Assembly (NCBI GenBank): GCA_965223845.1
Contig: CBDCXR010000004.1
Span: 4,256,001 to 4,320,000, forward strand
Direction: 5' to 3'
Source: Planctomycetota bacterium
Lineage (GTDB): Bacteria; Planctomycetota; UBA8108; SXIK01
DNA length: 64,000 nucleotides
The translations under genes were made by a program, and so were the position numbers. The notes below the pieces were generated by a model. The model saw nothing but the letters and a program-made list of their open reading frames with translations. It was not told the DNA's origin and did no database searches. Positions 1-9,052 of this stretch are shown here, piece by piece; the first letter of the stretch is position 1; every line of letters begins with the position of its first letter.

Positions 1-2
1 TG

Positions 3-278
3 GCTCACTCGCACGACTGGCCTTGCACTTCTTCCGAATCTCTGACGGAGTCCGTATCGCTTGCGGACACCCCGCCGTCCGAGACACGGATGGAATCCGA
101 CTGTCAGATTTGCCTGGCGCTCAGCACAGTCCGCCACTCCATTGTTGCTCCGAGTGGCTCGCGAACCCACACCCCCCTCGCCTCTATCTCCGCAAGGAGA
201 TTGATCACGTCACCAGACCTCTGGGTCTGCAGCTCGATCGATCTAAACCTTGCGGCGCCTCGGGCCCCTCCAGCCTGA
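3..278 (+). CDS. DUF2946/CruR/CutF-like leader peptide with RAPP arrest motif (5' end truncated by window edge)
   Basis: Frame is open from base 3: AHSHDWPC...SDCQIC...LAAPRAPPA*. It has HxH, CxxC and a C-terminal PRAPP, the DUF2946 hallmarks. The ORF track shows only 90..278. Confidence 0.8.
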   Translation, partial: AHSHDWPCTSSESLTESVSLADTPPSETRMESDCQICLALSTVRHSIVAPSGSRTHTPLASISARRLITSPDLWVCSSIDLNLAAPRAPPA

Positions 279-379
279 ATCTGATCGCTTGTAGTTGAGC
301 TCGACTCGCTGACCGAGCGCGGTTTGCCCGCGTGTCGACGGCGCGAGTTGAAAGCGCATGCGTTCAAGATTCACTGGAG
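268..379 (+). promoter_or_regulatory. Anti-Shine-Dalgarno RNA structure (putative translational attenuator)
   Basis: CTCCAG(cc)TGAATCT at 268-282 is complementary to AGATTCACTGGAG at 367-379, which contains the GGAG SD of the ATG at 388. Inner stem: TCGACTCGC 301-309 with GCGAGTTGA 343-351. Confidence 0.7.
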
Positions 380-387
380 ACTTCAAA

Positions 388-1002
388 ATGCCCTCGATTC
401 GCGAACAGCGGACGACGGTGCCATCGCGAGGCACGTCGAGCCGTTCCAGCGGACGGATCCGCGACGACCTAGTCTCGCGAGCCGTACGTGACCACCTAGA
501 CGTAATGCTCGCAGCCGCACGACGCGTACTTCCTAGCGATGATCTTGCCTGGGACGCAGTGCAAGAATCCCTCCAAGCGCTCTGGAAGGAAGGAGCCATC
601 AACACGCCTCTACGCGGTTGGCTGCTCCGAGCGGTTCGCCTCCGCGCTTTCCATTTGCTTCGGTCCGAGCGACGACGTCGCCAGCACGAAGCCGCGTGCG
701 CCTGCCTTTGCTGCCTGGTCGCCTACGATGATCCGGCTCGTCGAATGGAGAACCGCGAGCTTTTGAATCTGGCGGTGAAGGCTATCGAACGATTGCCCCC
801 AGCATATCGCAGTGTCGTCGAAATGCGTGACTGGCTCGACATGGACTACGCGTCCATTGCATTAGAGCTTGGCGTTCCCGTCGGTACGATCCGCTCGAGA
901 CTCAGCCGCGCCCGTGATCAGGTGCGCGCGGCACTCCGCCCGGCACTTCGACAAGGCCGGCGTTCGGGCGCAGGAGGGAGACCGGTCGCATGTCTGGCGT
1001 GA
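388..1002 (+). CDS. ECF (sigma-70 group 4) RNA polymerase sigma factor with Cys-rich linker
   Basis: Region 2 (AWDAVQE...LRGWLLR) and region 4 (LPPAYR...YASIALELGVPVGTIRSRLSRAR); linker HEAACACLCC; GGAG SD before ATG 388. Confidence 0.9.
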   Translation: MPSIREQRTTVPSRGTSSRSSGRIRDDLVSRAVRDHLDVMLAAARRVLPSDDLAWDAVQESLQALWKEGAINTPLRGWLLRAVRLRAFHLLRSERRRRQHEAACACLCCLVAYDDPARRMENRELLNLAVKAIERLPPAYRSVVEMRDWLDMDYASIALELGVPVGTIRSRLSRARDQVRAALRPALRQGRRSGAGGRPVACLA

Positions 1003-3047
1003 AGAAGCTCACCGGAGATGCGCTTGCTACCGGAGTCGCTCTCCTCGTCGCATCGATCTTCCCAGCTCCTTTGCAGGCGCAGGATCCGGGTCAAAGCGTC
1101 GCGAGGTCACTCATCCGCGGCACCTACGAACGAGTTTTTTTTCCCGAAGACGTCACCCGAATCGCGGTAGGTGACAAAGGCCTCCTGTCGTTCGAGCTGT
1201 TGAACACGCGTGAAGCTCTTGTTCTCGGTAAGGGTGTCGGACGAACGAACGTAGTCGTGTGGTACTCGAGCGGCGCGATCTCCGATCATCGATTCTCCAT
1301 CGAAGAAGATCTTTCCGTCTTGAAAGAGGCCTTGCGTGATCTCGACCCTCGGATCGCTGCGGAAATGGCCTCCAATCGTGCCGCAATCGTACTGCGCGGG
1401 GTTGTGCCCAATGCGATCGTCATGGAGCGTGCCGTTCGGGTCGCGGAGGACTACTTGGGCTCACGCTCGGGACGCACCCGCCGTCGAGGGCGCGGCGCGG
1501 GCACGACGGGCCCGGAGGACCTGGCTCAATCGCTGCGACTCATGGCCGATGCGATCGAGACGACCGATCGGCCTGCGGGAGAAACAGAGACCGTCGTAGC
1601 ATCGTCCACTCCCTCGCCGACGGCATCGGGAACTGTAATCAACCTGCTTCGAGTGGAACAGCCCCCAGAGACGACCGAAGAAAAAATACTCCGTGCGATT
1701 CAGCCTATCGCAGGTTCCGACGTCGCCGTCCGACGAGTCCTGAAAGGGGCGGTACCCGACGATGAGCGCGACGTGTTCGTGCTCGAGGGAAAAGTCGCCA
1801 ACCAGGTCGCGCTCGTACGCGTCTTGTCACTCGCAGCGAGAATCATCACCGGAAGATCTCTCCGCGGAGTGCGCGGCGAAAGCCTCATTCGGGTTCTCGC
1901 CGAGGAAGGCGGCGGCCTTTTCGAGGGAGGCGGACAGTCCGGCCAGGGCAATCGAAACCGCCAGAACTCTGGCGGTGCTGGACGAGGTGGTTCGGGATCC
2001 GGAAGGAGTGCTAGTTTTTTTCAGAGCGATATCGAGACGAATATCGCGCGCGCCAAGGCGCTCGATGTCGCCGACGGGCGCATCCTCTCTTTCCTAGAGG
2101 TTTCCGATCTCCCGCTCGTCCGGGTCAATGTTCAGTTCTACGAGGTAAATCGAGCAGAGATCCTCAACTATTCGTCGGACTGGGCCGCGTTCGTCTCGAG
2201 TTTCGAACAACCTGCGCTGTTAGGAGCTGGGTTGGCACCGGGATTTCAGTCGGCGCCGGCGAGTGTGGGGACCTTTGCCGCTACGGATATCCAGAATGTG
2301 CTCTCCTCGATCGGCGGCAACCTCGGCAATCAGTTCCAATTAGTCGACGACCATCTCGCGGTCGATACGGCGTTTTCTCTGCTTGAAGCGAAGGGTCTGG
2401 CACGACGGCTCTCCGCTCCGTCATTGACGGTACTCTCCGGTGAGCAAGCCGCGCTCTCCGTAGGAGGTGAAATTCCGATCCAGGAGATCTTTTCACCGGC
2501 TTTCAGCGGTGATGATTCCCCGGGCGTGTTCGGCTCTGTGCGCTTTCGGAGTTTCGGGATCTCACTCAATATGAGACCCCAGATCGACGAACGGGACATG
2601 ATCACGCTGGAGCTCGCTCCTACCGTGAGTCAACCGGATCAGCAGCTGACTTCGGTGCTTGTTGATACGACTGGAGCCGAGCAACCGACGACCGCCTTTC
2701 AGAGTCGATCGATGGTTACGAGCAGTCGGTTGAGAGACGGGCAGTCCCTGATGCTCGGCGGACTCGTATCGCGAGGCGACGCGCGTGACATTTCCCAGCC
2801 GCCTTTGATCGGTGATATCCCGCTTCTGGGCTGGTTGTTTCGCAACTTCGGCGAAACCGACGACGACCGCGAGCTGGTGATCCTCGTCAACCCGACGATC
2901 GTCAGAGAACCTATCCCCGAAATCGGCCTCTGGTCGTTTGCGAAACCGAGCGAACTTCTCGAATCAGCCGGACTTCGAAGACCCAGAGCCGACGGCGATC
3001 CGTCGGAATCGCCGCCGCACCTCGCTAAAGATCGGAGCGGGTCGTGA
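990..3047 (+). CDS. cpaC: Tad/Flp pilus secretin CpaC/RcpA
   Basis: Signal peptide; pilus-secretin N domain (RIAVGD...GRTNVVVW); secretin core (APSLTVLSGEQA..VGGEIP, FGISL, LRDGQSLMLGGL, P.IGDIPLLGWLFR, ELVILVNP). Confidence 0.9.
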   Translation: MSGVKKLTGDALATGVALLVASIFPAPLQAQDPGQSVARSLIRGTYERVFFPEDVTRIAVGDKGLLSFELLNTREALVLGKGVGRTNVVVWYSSGAISDHRFSIEEDLSVLKEALRDLDPRIAAEMASNRAAIVLRGVVPNAIVMERAVRVAEDYLGSRSGRTRRRGRGAGTTGPEDLAQSLRLMADAIETTDRPAGETETVVASSTPSPTASGTVINLLRVEQPPETTEEKILRAIQPIAGSDVAVRRVLKGAVPDDERDVFVLEGKVANQVALVRVLSLAARIITGRSLRGVRGESLIRVLAEEGGGLFEGGGQSGQGNRNRQNSGGAGRGGSGSGRSASFFQSDIETNIARAKALDVADGRILSFLEVSDLPLVRVNVQFYEVNRAEILNYSSDWAAFVSSFEQPALLGAGLAPGFQSAPASVGTFAATDIQNVLSSIGGNLGNQFQLVDDHLAVDTAFSLLEAKGLARRLSAPSLTVLSGEQAALSVGGEIPIQEIFSPAFSGDDSPGVFGSVRFRSFGISLNMRPQIDERDMITLELAPTVSQPDQQLTSVLVDTTGAEQPTTAFQSRSMVTSSRLRDGQSLMLGGLVSRGDARDISQPPLIGDIPLLGWLFRNFGETDDDRELVILVNPTIVREPIPEIGLWSFAKPSELLESAGLRRPRADGDPSESPPHLAKDRSGS

Positions 3048-4057
3048 TCCAGCTTCACCGTCGCGGCGCGCGAGAGTCGGGGGCCGCGCTGATCGAGTTT
3101 GCGATCGTCTCTCTCGCTCTGTACCTAATCCTCGCTGCGATCCTTACCTTCGGCTCGGCGATCTGGATCGGCCAGAATCTGCAGCAGGCCGTCGATGTCG
3201 GAGCGCAGGAGCTGGCACGGCTGCCGCTTGATCCGGACATCGATCTGGGCTGGGGCGATCTCCAGCAGGGCTGTGCTGCCCCGGAGGATGTGGAGGACTT
3301 CGCAGCGTGCGACGGTCGCGTCCTGGACGAGATCTACGACAAACAGTACCTCGTCATAACTCGCCAAGATATCTCGAATTCGAATATCGATCCCGACTCC
3401 CCCACCGCGCTTCTCGAGTACGCCGAGACGCTGCCGTTGATCAATCGATTGCTGATCCCGGTAATGATTTTCGATCGCCAGCATAGCGGCGGATCCTGGC
3501 GCTATCCCGGAGCCGTAGTGTTGAATACCGTGACGCCAGAGCCCGAAGAAACCGTGCTCGTTCCGATCGTCAGGAATGGCGAAATCCGTTGGGTCGCGCC
3601 AGTGGAAGAAGTTCGAGTCGATCACGACGGAGATTCGGCTACAGCTCCGGTCGGGCCCTTTTCGGTGCTCCCCCCGGAACCGACTCCTCCTGGCTTCGTC
3701 CCCGGAGTGGTGGCCCTTCGGATCAACTACCCATTCCAAAGCGCGGCGATGTCCGATTTCACGCCGAGCCCGGAAGGTGCCCTCGAGCCGAACCTCGATC
3801 GTGTCGTAACTGCGGACGACGCGTCGCTGACCGCGGGTGCAACAGGAGTCTACGCGCTTCAGGTCGCCGCGAACTCCTACGCGGACGGTGAGCCGAACAT
3901 CCACGGAGGTCGCTATGGTCTTGGCCGCCAGATCGCATTGCCATTCGATCGAGACTCGATTCGCACGTTTGGAGTTCGACCCTACCGGCGGATCCTGTCC
4001 GTGCAGGCGATCTACCGCCGCGAGGTCTTCGATTTCGGCCTCGGATCCACACCATGA
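3044..4057 (+). CDS. tadE: TadE-like pseudopilin with large C-terminal domain
   Basis: RESG|AALIEFAIV prepilin site, hydrophobic helix, then QQAVDVGAQELA; GTGA overlap with cpaC. Confidence 0.85.
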   Translation: MIQLHRRGARESGAALIEFAIVSLALYLILAAILTFGSAIWIGQNLQQAVDVGAQELARLPLDPDIDLGWGDLQQGCAAPEDVEDFAACDGRVLDEIYDKQYLVITRQDISNSNIDPDSPTALLEYAETLPLINRLLIPVMIFDRQHSGGSWRYPGAVVLNTVTPEPEETVLVPIVRNGEIRWVAPVEEVRVDHDGDSATAPVGPFSVLPPEPTPPGFVPGVVALRINYPFQSAAMSDFTPSPEGALEPNLDRVVTADDASLTAGATGVYALQVAANSYADGEPNIHGGRYGLGRQIALPFDRDSIRTFGVRPYRRILSVQAIYRREVFDFGLGSTP

Positions 4058-5316
4058 TTTCGCTACCGAAACCACTGCGCAGCCGAGAGGCCGGATCCGT
4101 ACTCGCGCTCTTCGCGATTCTTCTCTTCGGGCTCGTTGCGCTCCTGGCTTTGTCTATCGATACCGGATTCGTGCTACTGGCTCGCCGTCAGATGCAAGCG
4201 GCCGTCAACTCCGCCTCGGTCGAGGGTCTGCGCTGGCGCGATCGACTACCGCCTGTCGACGACTTGGTCGCTATCGGTGAGGATCCGAGTAACCCGGCAG
4301 AGCTCGAAACTCGAAAGGACGAGATTCGCCGCAAAATGGCGAGGCAATTCGTCCACGCCAGCTTCGATGTCGACTACGACGTAGGAAGCCCCGATCCGTC
4401 GACGGCCGTTCTCGGGGCCGGCCCGATGATCGGATTCGAAGGCGGGATCGATATCGGTGGCGGACTCAGAGCTTCCAGCTTGATTCGCCAACAGAATCCG
4501 AGGGCGTACAAACCAGCTCTCGCGCTGAATCTCGGTAATTCTGTCTCCGGAGACATGGTTTCCGGCGGCTATCTGGTGGACGGTTCGCGCGACGATTATG
4601 AGGACTTCCTCGACGTGAACGATCCGCCGGATGCCTTTCTCGTACGCCTCCGGCGGACAGACGAAGATCTTTCCTCGGCTCCGGACGCCAGCACGTCGGG
4701 TCCACCGATCCCCTCCCTATTCGGCAGGGCGGCCATCGCGCGCGCCGAGGAAGGCAATCCCCAGGCGCTACTTCAGCGTCGCGCGACTGGGGTTCGCGTT
4801 CGGGCGACGTCCATTGCCGATCTGAAACCCGCGGTCTCCGTCGGGTATTCATCGAACACGGACCGACCTGGAGTTCGCTACTTTGTCGACCGCTCGGTCT
4901 TCGACTGTTCCAATCCGACGATTCTCATCGACGAACTGGAGGTACCCCTCGATCCTCTGGGGCCACCCGTGCTCCCCTGTCCGTCGGGAGCGGGAGGAGC
5001 CGTCGTCCTTGGTGACTCGGTGGCGTCCCTCGTCCCTGCGGCACCTCCACTCCCTTCGGAGTCGTTCGTGGTGGCCATCTACGATTCGAGTGTTTGCCCG
5101 GCGGCGGCGGCAGATGTTGTCGTAGGCTTCGCGAACGTCAGAATCATCGACCAATCTGTCGTCCCCGCCGGCGATCTGGTCCTTGCGAACGGCTCCAGCA
5201 CCTTCGTTCGAAACTGCCAGCTCTCCGCGGACTGTTTCGACTCCTTGATCACGAACTGCTTTCAGCTCCAGGGGGCTGCGGTCAGAGCCCCAGCACGGGT
5301 GAGAGCAACTCGTTGA
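4054..5316 (+). CDS. tadG: TadG-like (Tad N-terminal domain) pseudopilin
   Basis: REAG|SVLALFAILL...LSIDTG...RRQMQAAVNSA is the typical Tad/TadG N-terminus; six Cys in the C-terminal part. Confidence 0.8.
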   Translation: MISLPKPLRSREAGSVLALFAILLFGLVALLALSIDTGFVLLARRQMQAAVNSASVEGLRWRDRLPPVDDLVAIGEDPSNPAELETRKDEIRRKMARQFVHASFDVDYDVGSPDPSTAVLGAGPMIGFEGGIDIGGGLRASSLIRQQNPRAYKPALALNLGNSVSGDMVSGGYLVDGSRDDYEDFLDVNDPPDAFLVRLRRTDEDLSSAPDASTSGPPIPSLFGRAAIARAEEGNPQALLQRRATGVRVRATSIADLKPAVSVGYSSNTDRPGVRYFVDRSVFDCSNPTILIDELEVPLDPLGPPVLPCPSGAGGAVVLGDSVASLVPAAPPLPSESFVVAIYDSSVCPAAAADVVVGFANVRIIDQSVVPAGDLVLANGSSTFVRNCQLSADCFDSLITNCFQLQGAAVRAPARVRATR

Positions 5317-5382
5317 CGGAGACGTTGGTCTTTTTGTCGAGTCCTTGGGAACTAGAGACGGTCCGGCGGCACTTCGACGCTG

Positions 5383-5904
5383 ATGACCAGCCCGTTTCTC
5401 GTTGACCGCTCGTTTAGTCGCCGACTCGACCGTGTCGGCATCGTCGTCTCGCTCGCCTGCGCGGCTCACTTCATTTCCGCGCCGGTGCTCCTGCTTGCCG
5501 CGCCCCTACTCGGCGGCCTGTGGGTGCACCCGGCTTCGCATGCGGTAATCGCTGCGTTCGCTCTGCCAGTGGCGGCGTTCTCACTACGGCGGGGATACGC
5601 CGTGCACGGCCGACGGTGGATCGCAGCAGCAGGCGCGCTCGGCGTCGCGTGCGTCGTACTCGGTGTGTTGTTGCCCGTGGCGACTGCGGCCGAACGACCG
5701 CCGGACGAAACGAATTTGAGCCGGTGCACGGATTGCTGCCCATCGATAGACATCGGGGCGGGGGCTGATTCCTGGTCACTTCGCATCCCTCCGGCGAGTT
5801 TCGTCAGCTTGATCGGTGGGATCGCCTTGGTCGCCGCGCACTTCGGGAATCTCCGTTGCTGCCGGAACTGCGGAAAAGCACGTGAGCGATCGTGTGAGCA
5901 GTGA
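5383..5904 (+). CDS. MerC-domain membrane protein with extra Cys clusters
   Basis: LDRVGIVVSLACAAH..P, H in helix 2, GYAVHGR, GG..LVAAHFGN match the MerC-family pattern; about 4 TM helices; extra CTDCC and CCRNC. Confidence 0.8.
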   Translation: MTSPFLVDRSFSRRLDRVGIVVSLACAAHFISAPVLLLAAPLLGGLWVHPASHAVIAAFALPVAAFSLRRGYAVHGRRWIAAAGALGVACVVLGVLLPVATAAERPPDETNLSRCTDCCPSIDIGAGADSWSLRIPPASFVSLIGGIALVAAHFGNLRCCRNCGKARERSCEQ

Positions 5905-6131
5905 CATCCGTGGGCGCGACAGCGCAGCTTTCGGCCGAGCGGGTCCGTTGGTGAGAGATTCGGTCCCCACCCGCGAGCAGGGTACAGAGGTTTCGACAGC
6001 ACGACGGAAGACTCAAAGAAGGAGAGTCTCGGAAATACCGGGAACTTCCTTCCGGCGAGCGGCACATCACACTCGAAAGGAGTGAAGTGCTCCTAGCCCC
6101 GTCACAACGATCCACAAGGAGGTTTCAAGAC

Positions 6132-6494
6132 ATGCGACAGAACATCCAACAAAGGAGGCGCGGAGCTGCAATGATCGAGTACGCCCTGCTCGTCGCGGGC
6201 GTCGTCCTCGTGGCCGCCGCTGCCACGGCAGTCTTCGGGCACAAGACGAACGACTTGATCTCTGGCGTAGCCGCTGTCCTTCCGGGTGCTCACGCAGACG
6301 ACAACGCCCCGATCGTCAGCGGCAAAATCATCGAGACGGCGCCCCAGGACCACGACGGGGACGCTGGAACGCCTGACGCCATCGCGCTCGATATCGACAC
6401 AATCGTTACCAACTCCGACGGCACGGTCGAGCGTCTCGGGAACCGCCTAGGTACGGCATCGAGCATCACGCAGCTGATCGTCGAGGCCGAATAG
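6132..6494 (+). CDS. flp: Flp/Fap pilin, long form (120 aa precursor)
   Basis: RRRG|AAMIEYALL Flp motif (G|xxxxEY); strong SD AAGGAGG upstream of ATG 6132. Confidence 0.88.
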   Translation: MRQNIQQRRRGAAMIEYALLVAGVVLVAAAATAVFGHKTNDLISGVAAVLPGAHADDNAPIVSGKIIETAPQDHDGDAGTPDAIALDIDTIVTNSDGTVERLGNRLGTASSITQLIVEAE

Positions 6495-6530
6495 CCCCGC
6501 GGCGACCAGTCTTAGACTCGAATTCGAAAC

Positions 6531-6570
6531 GCTCAAGGAGTTGCCCTCAGCCCAGGGCGACTCCTTGGGC
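6531..6570 (+). terminator. Strong hairpin after flp (terminator or mRNA stabiliser)
   Basis: GCTCAAGGAGTTGCCCT-cagccc-AGGGCGACTCCTTGGGC, about 17-bp stem with G-U pairs, followed by ATTGTTT. Confidence 0.6.
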
Positions 6571-6595
6571 ATTGTTTGCATCTCGGAGAAAGCAC

Positions 6596-7747
6596 ATGGC
6601 AAGACCGCGCAGAAGCTCGACTCCCTGGGTCGTCGTGACTCTTCTCTTGATCGGCGTGTACGGGCTCGCGGTCTACCTTCAGGTCGAGGGCTATCTGCGA
6701 TTGCCGTTCGAGCTGCCGCTCGTTTCCCAATTTCAGAGGGCTACTTCCGAGGGAGCGGTCGACGCACAGTCGAACGCGCGTGGAAAAATCGCGGTGCCGA
6801 TGTCTGCAGCAGATATTCCTGCCTACACAAAGCTTCGCCGAGAGCACATGTGGGATTCCAAGCGGGGCAGGTTTACCACCATTCTGTTGGACGAAGACGA
6901 CGTCCCGGCGGCCGTACTCCGAGATTTTTCCGAGATCGTGGGGCGTGTTCTCGACCATGACAAACCAGCAGGCTACGTGTTCACCGAGGACGATTTCTAT
7001 CCGAAGGGAACGCGAGAAGGGCTGGTCGCAGGGATCCCGCCGAACAAGATGATGTTGTTGGTCGAGGCGAACAAGGTGAAGGGGCTCTTCGGACTCAGGC
7101 CGGGAGATCGGTTCGACATAGTCCGCACGATCCCCGTCGATTCGAAGGGCGGCGCGGTGTCCCGAGAGACTGCCGGGCCCTACGGGGATCAGATCTCGCT
7201 CGCCATGAAGTTGTCCAACTGGGACAAGCAGGCTGAGGTCCGCGTTGTGGTTCGAGACGGCGTAGTGGTGACTCCGGTGAAGACGAGAGCCAAGCCGACC
7301 TCGAGTCAGAGCCTCACCAGAGGAGCCGTTGCCCGTTCCGTGCCGATCCAAGAGATTTATATCGCGGTTGCTCCCGAGGAAGCGGCGCCGTTGAGCGAGG
7401 CAATGGCGGTTGGTGCCGACGTGAGAGCGGTGATTCGATCGGGTCATGCTACCGTGCCTGCGAACATAGGCGTCTCGGATCTTCAACCACGCAATCCTCT
7501 CAACGACCTGATGTCGGCTTTGATCCCCGCCGACACGGCGTCTTCGAACGGGACGTTTAGGCCAGCGGTCGCAGGTTCGTTCCGACTCGTCGAACGCGTA
7601 GAAGACGGCCGACGTCAGCTCGTGACCGTTCCCGGTTTCGTAGATCGTCAGAACCAGGAACGGTGGGACGGCCAGATTCGCGTCGTCCCTGCTGCGGGTT
7701 CGCTCGACACCACGGAAAGCGGAACGCAAGGTGAGCGGGACGAGTAG
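6596..7747 (+). CDS. cpaB: Flp pilus assembly protein CpaB/RcpC (SAF domain)
   Basis: N-terminal TM; SAF-like AADIPAYTKL; GIPPNKM...GLRPGDRFDIV; IAVAPEEAAPL; position in tad operon. Confidence 0.85.
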   Translation: MARPRRSSTPWVVVTLLLIGVYGLAVYLQVEGYLRLPFELPLVSQFQRATSEGAVDAQSNARGKIAVPMSAADIPAYTKLRREHMWDSKRGRFTTILLDEDDVPAAVLRDFSEIVGRVLDHDKPAGYVFTEDDFYPKGTREGLVAGIPPNKMMLLVEANKVKGLFGLRPGDRFDIVRTIPVDSKGGAVSRETAGPYGDQISLAMKLSNWDKQAEVRVVVRDGVVVTPVKTRAKPTSSQSLTRGAVARSVPIQEIYIAVAPEEAAPLSEAMAVGADVRAVIRSGHATVPANIGVSDLQPRNPLNDLMSALIPADTASSNGTFRPAVAGSFRLVERVEDGRRQLVTVPGFVDRQNQERWDGQIRVVPAAGSLDTTESGTQGERDE

Positions 7748-7756
7748 GAATCGCCG

Positions 7757-9052
7757 ATGCAGATTCTGTTGGTTAGCTCTGATCCATCGCTCCGCGAGGA
7801 ATTCGAGGCCGCACTCGAAAACCTAAAGGAATTCAGTCCCTCCGTCCTCACGGCCGACAGCCCACGACAGGGGGTCGAGGTCGCACGGATTCGACGCCCA
7901 AACCTCGTCCTCATCGAAATGGACGCGAACGGAGGACGGCTCGACCGGTTCGCGTCGGAAATCTCGGCCCACGCACCTCGCACTCTCATCGGCGCGGTGT
8001 ATCGCGCAGACGTGCTCGGGTCAGGAAGCTCGGAAACCGCAATCATCTCGGGCGTTCGAGCCGGCGTGAGCGACTTTCTTCGCCGCCCTCTTTCCAGTGT
8101 GGAAATCGAGCAGTTGCTCATTCGCGCGCGGCACCGAAACGCGCGCCAGGCCCCGGTCGCCCGAGGCCTCATCGTGTCGGTTTCCAGCACGAAAGGAGGG
8201 GTTGGAAAGTCGACGCTCGCAGTCAACAGTGCATGCCTTCTCGCGCGCCGCGCGCCCGGGCGAGTGCTGCTTGTCGATGCATCCCTTCAGCTCGGCGTGT
8301 GCGCACGAATGCTCGACCTCGAAACGAAGACGACCATCACCGACGCGACGCAGGAACTCGATCGGCTGGATCCCACGCTACTGCGTGAGTTGGCGCTCCA
8401 CCACGACAGCGGGCTGCATCTCCTTGCGGCGCCCAAGGATCCAGTCGGCTCGACGGAGGTGAACGACGAGGCTATCGCCCGTGTCTTGGCGACTGCGCGT
8501 CAAGCCTACGAGTATGTCGTGGTCGACACCTTCCCACTTCTGGAATCGGTGGTGCTTGCCGTGCTCGATCTCAGCGACCTCGCCTACCTCGTCTTTCAAG
8601 GCACGGTTCCCTGCGTCCTTGGCCATGTCGGATATCTTCGGGCGCTTGAGAACGTCGGAATTGATGTGAATCGACAACGTCTCGTGTTGAGTCGAAACCA
8701 CGCGCGGTTTTCTGGTGATCTGTCGCTCAGCGATATCGTCCGCAAACTCGGTCGCGACATCGATCACGTCATTCCGTACCAACGGCGCATACTGAGCTCC
8801 ATGAACACTGGTGAACCCTACGTGCTGCGACACCGAGGATTATTCGGGTTCGGACGCGCAGTGCGGAATCTTGTTCACGAAATTGTTCAGGAGCGGGAGG
8901 CTCAAAGCATTAACGGAGATCAGAAGAACGCGCACTCATCCGAATCCTCCCCCGCGGATCACGCCGAAGGAGATTCTGTCCGAGTGCGTGAACCAGATTT
9001 CAGAGCTCCACAGCAGCAGGGTTCGACTCGCTCATCGGAGGTTAATCAATGA
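7757..9052 (+). CDS. cpaE: CpaE/TadZ (receiver domain plus ParA/MinD-like ATPase)
   Basis: N-terminal receiver-like domain; deviant Walker A KGGVGKST; YEYVVVDT. Confidence 0.9.
   Translation: MQILLVSSDPSLREEFEAALENLKEFSPSVLTADSPRQGVEVARIRRPNLVLIEMDANGGRLDRFASEISAHAPRTLIGAVYRADVLGSGSSETAIISGVRAGVSDFLRRPLSSVEIEQLLIRARHRNARQAPVARGLIVSVSSTKGGVGKSTLAVNSACLLARRAPGRVLLVDASLQLGVCARMLDLETKTTITDATQELDRLDPTLLRELALHHDSGLHLLAAPKDPVGSTEVNDEAIARVLATARQAYEYVVVDTFPLLESVVLAVLDLSDLAYLVFQGTVPCVLGHVGYLRALENVGIDVNRQRLVLSRNHARFSGDLSLSDIVRKLGRDIDHVIPYQRRILSSMNTGEPYVLRHRGLFGFGRAVRNLVHEIVQEREAQSINGDQKNAHSSESSPADHAEGDSVRVREPDFRAPQQQGSTRSSEVNQ

Noticed and set aside
5383-5904. Mercury resistance operon
   Set aside because: Only a MerC-like domain is present; no merA, merR, merP or merT in the window.
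6061-6100. c-di-GMP-I riboswitch upstream of flp (GAAA-loop hairpin)
   Set aside because: The GGCAAA and GACGCAAA consensus elements are missing; kept only as a generic hairpin.
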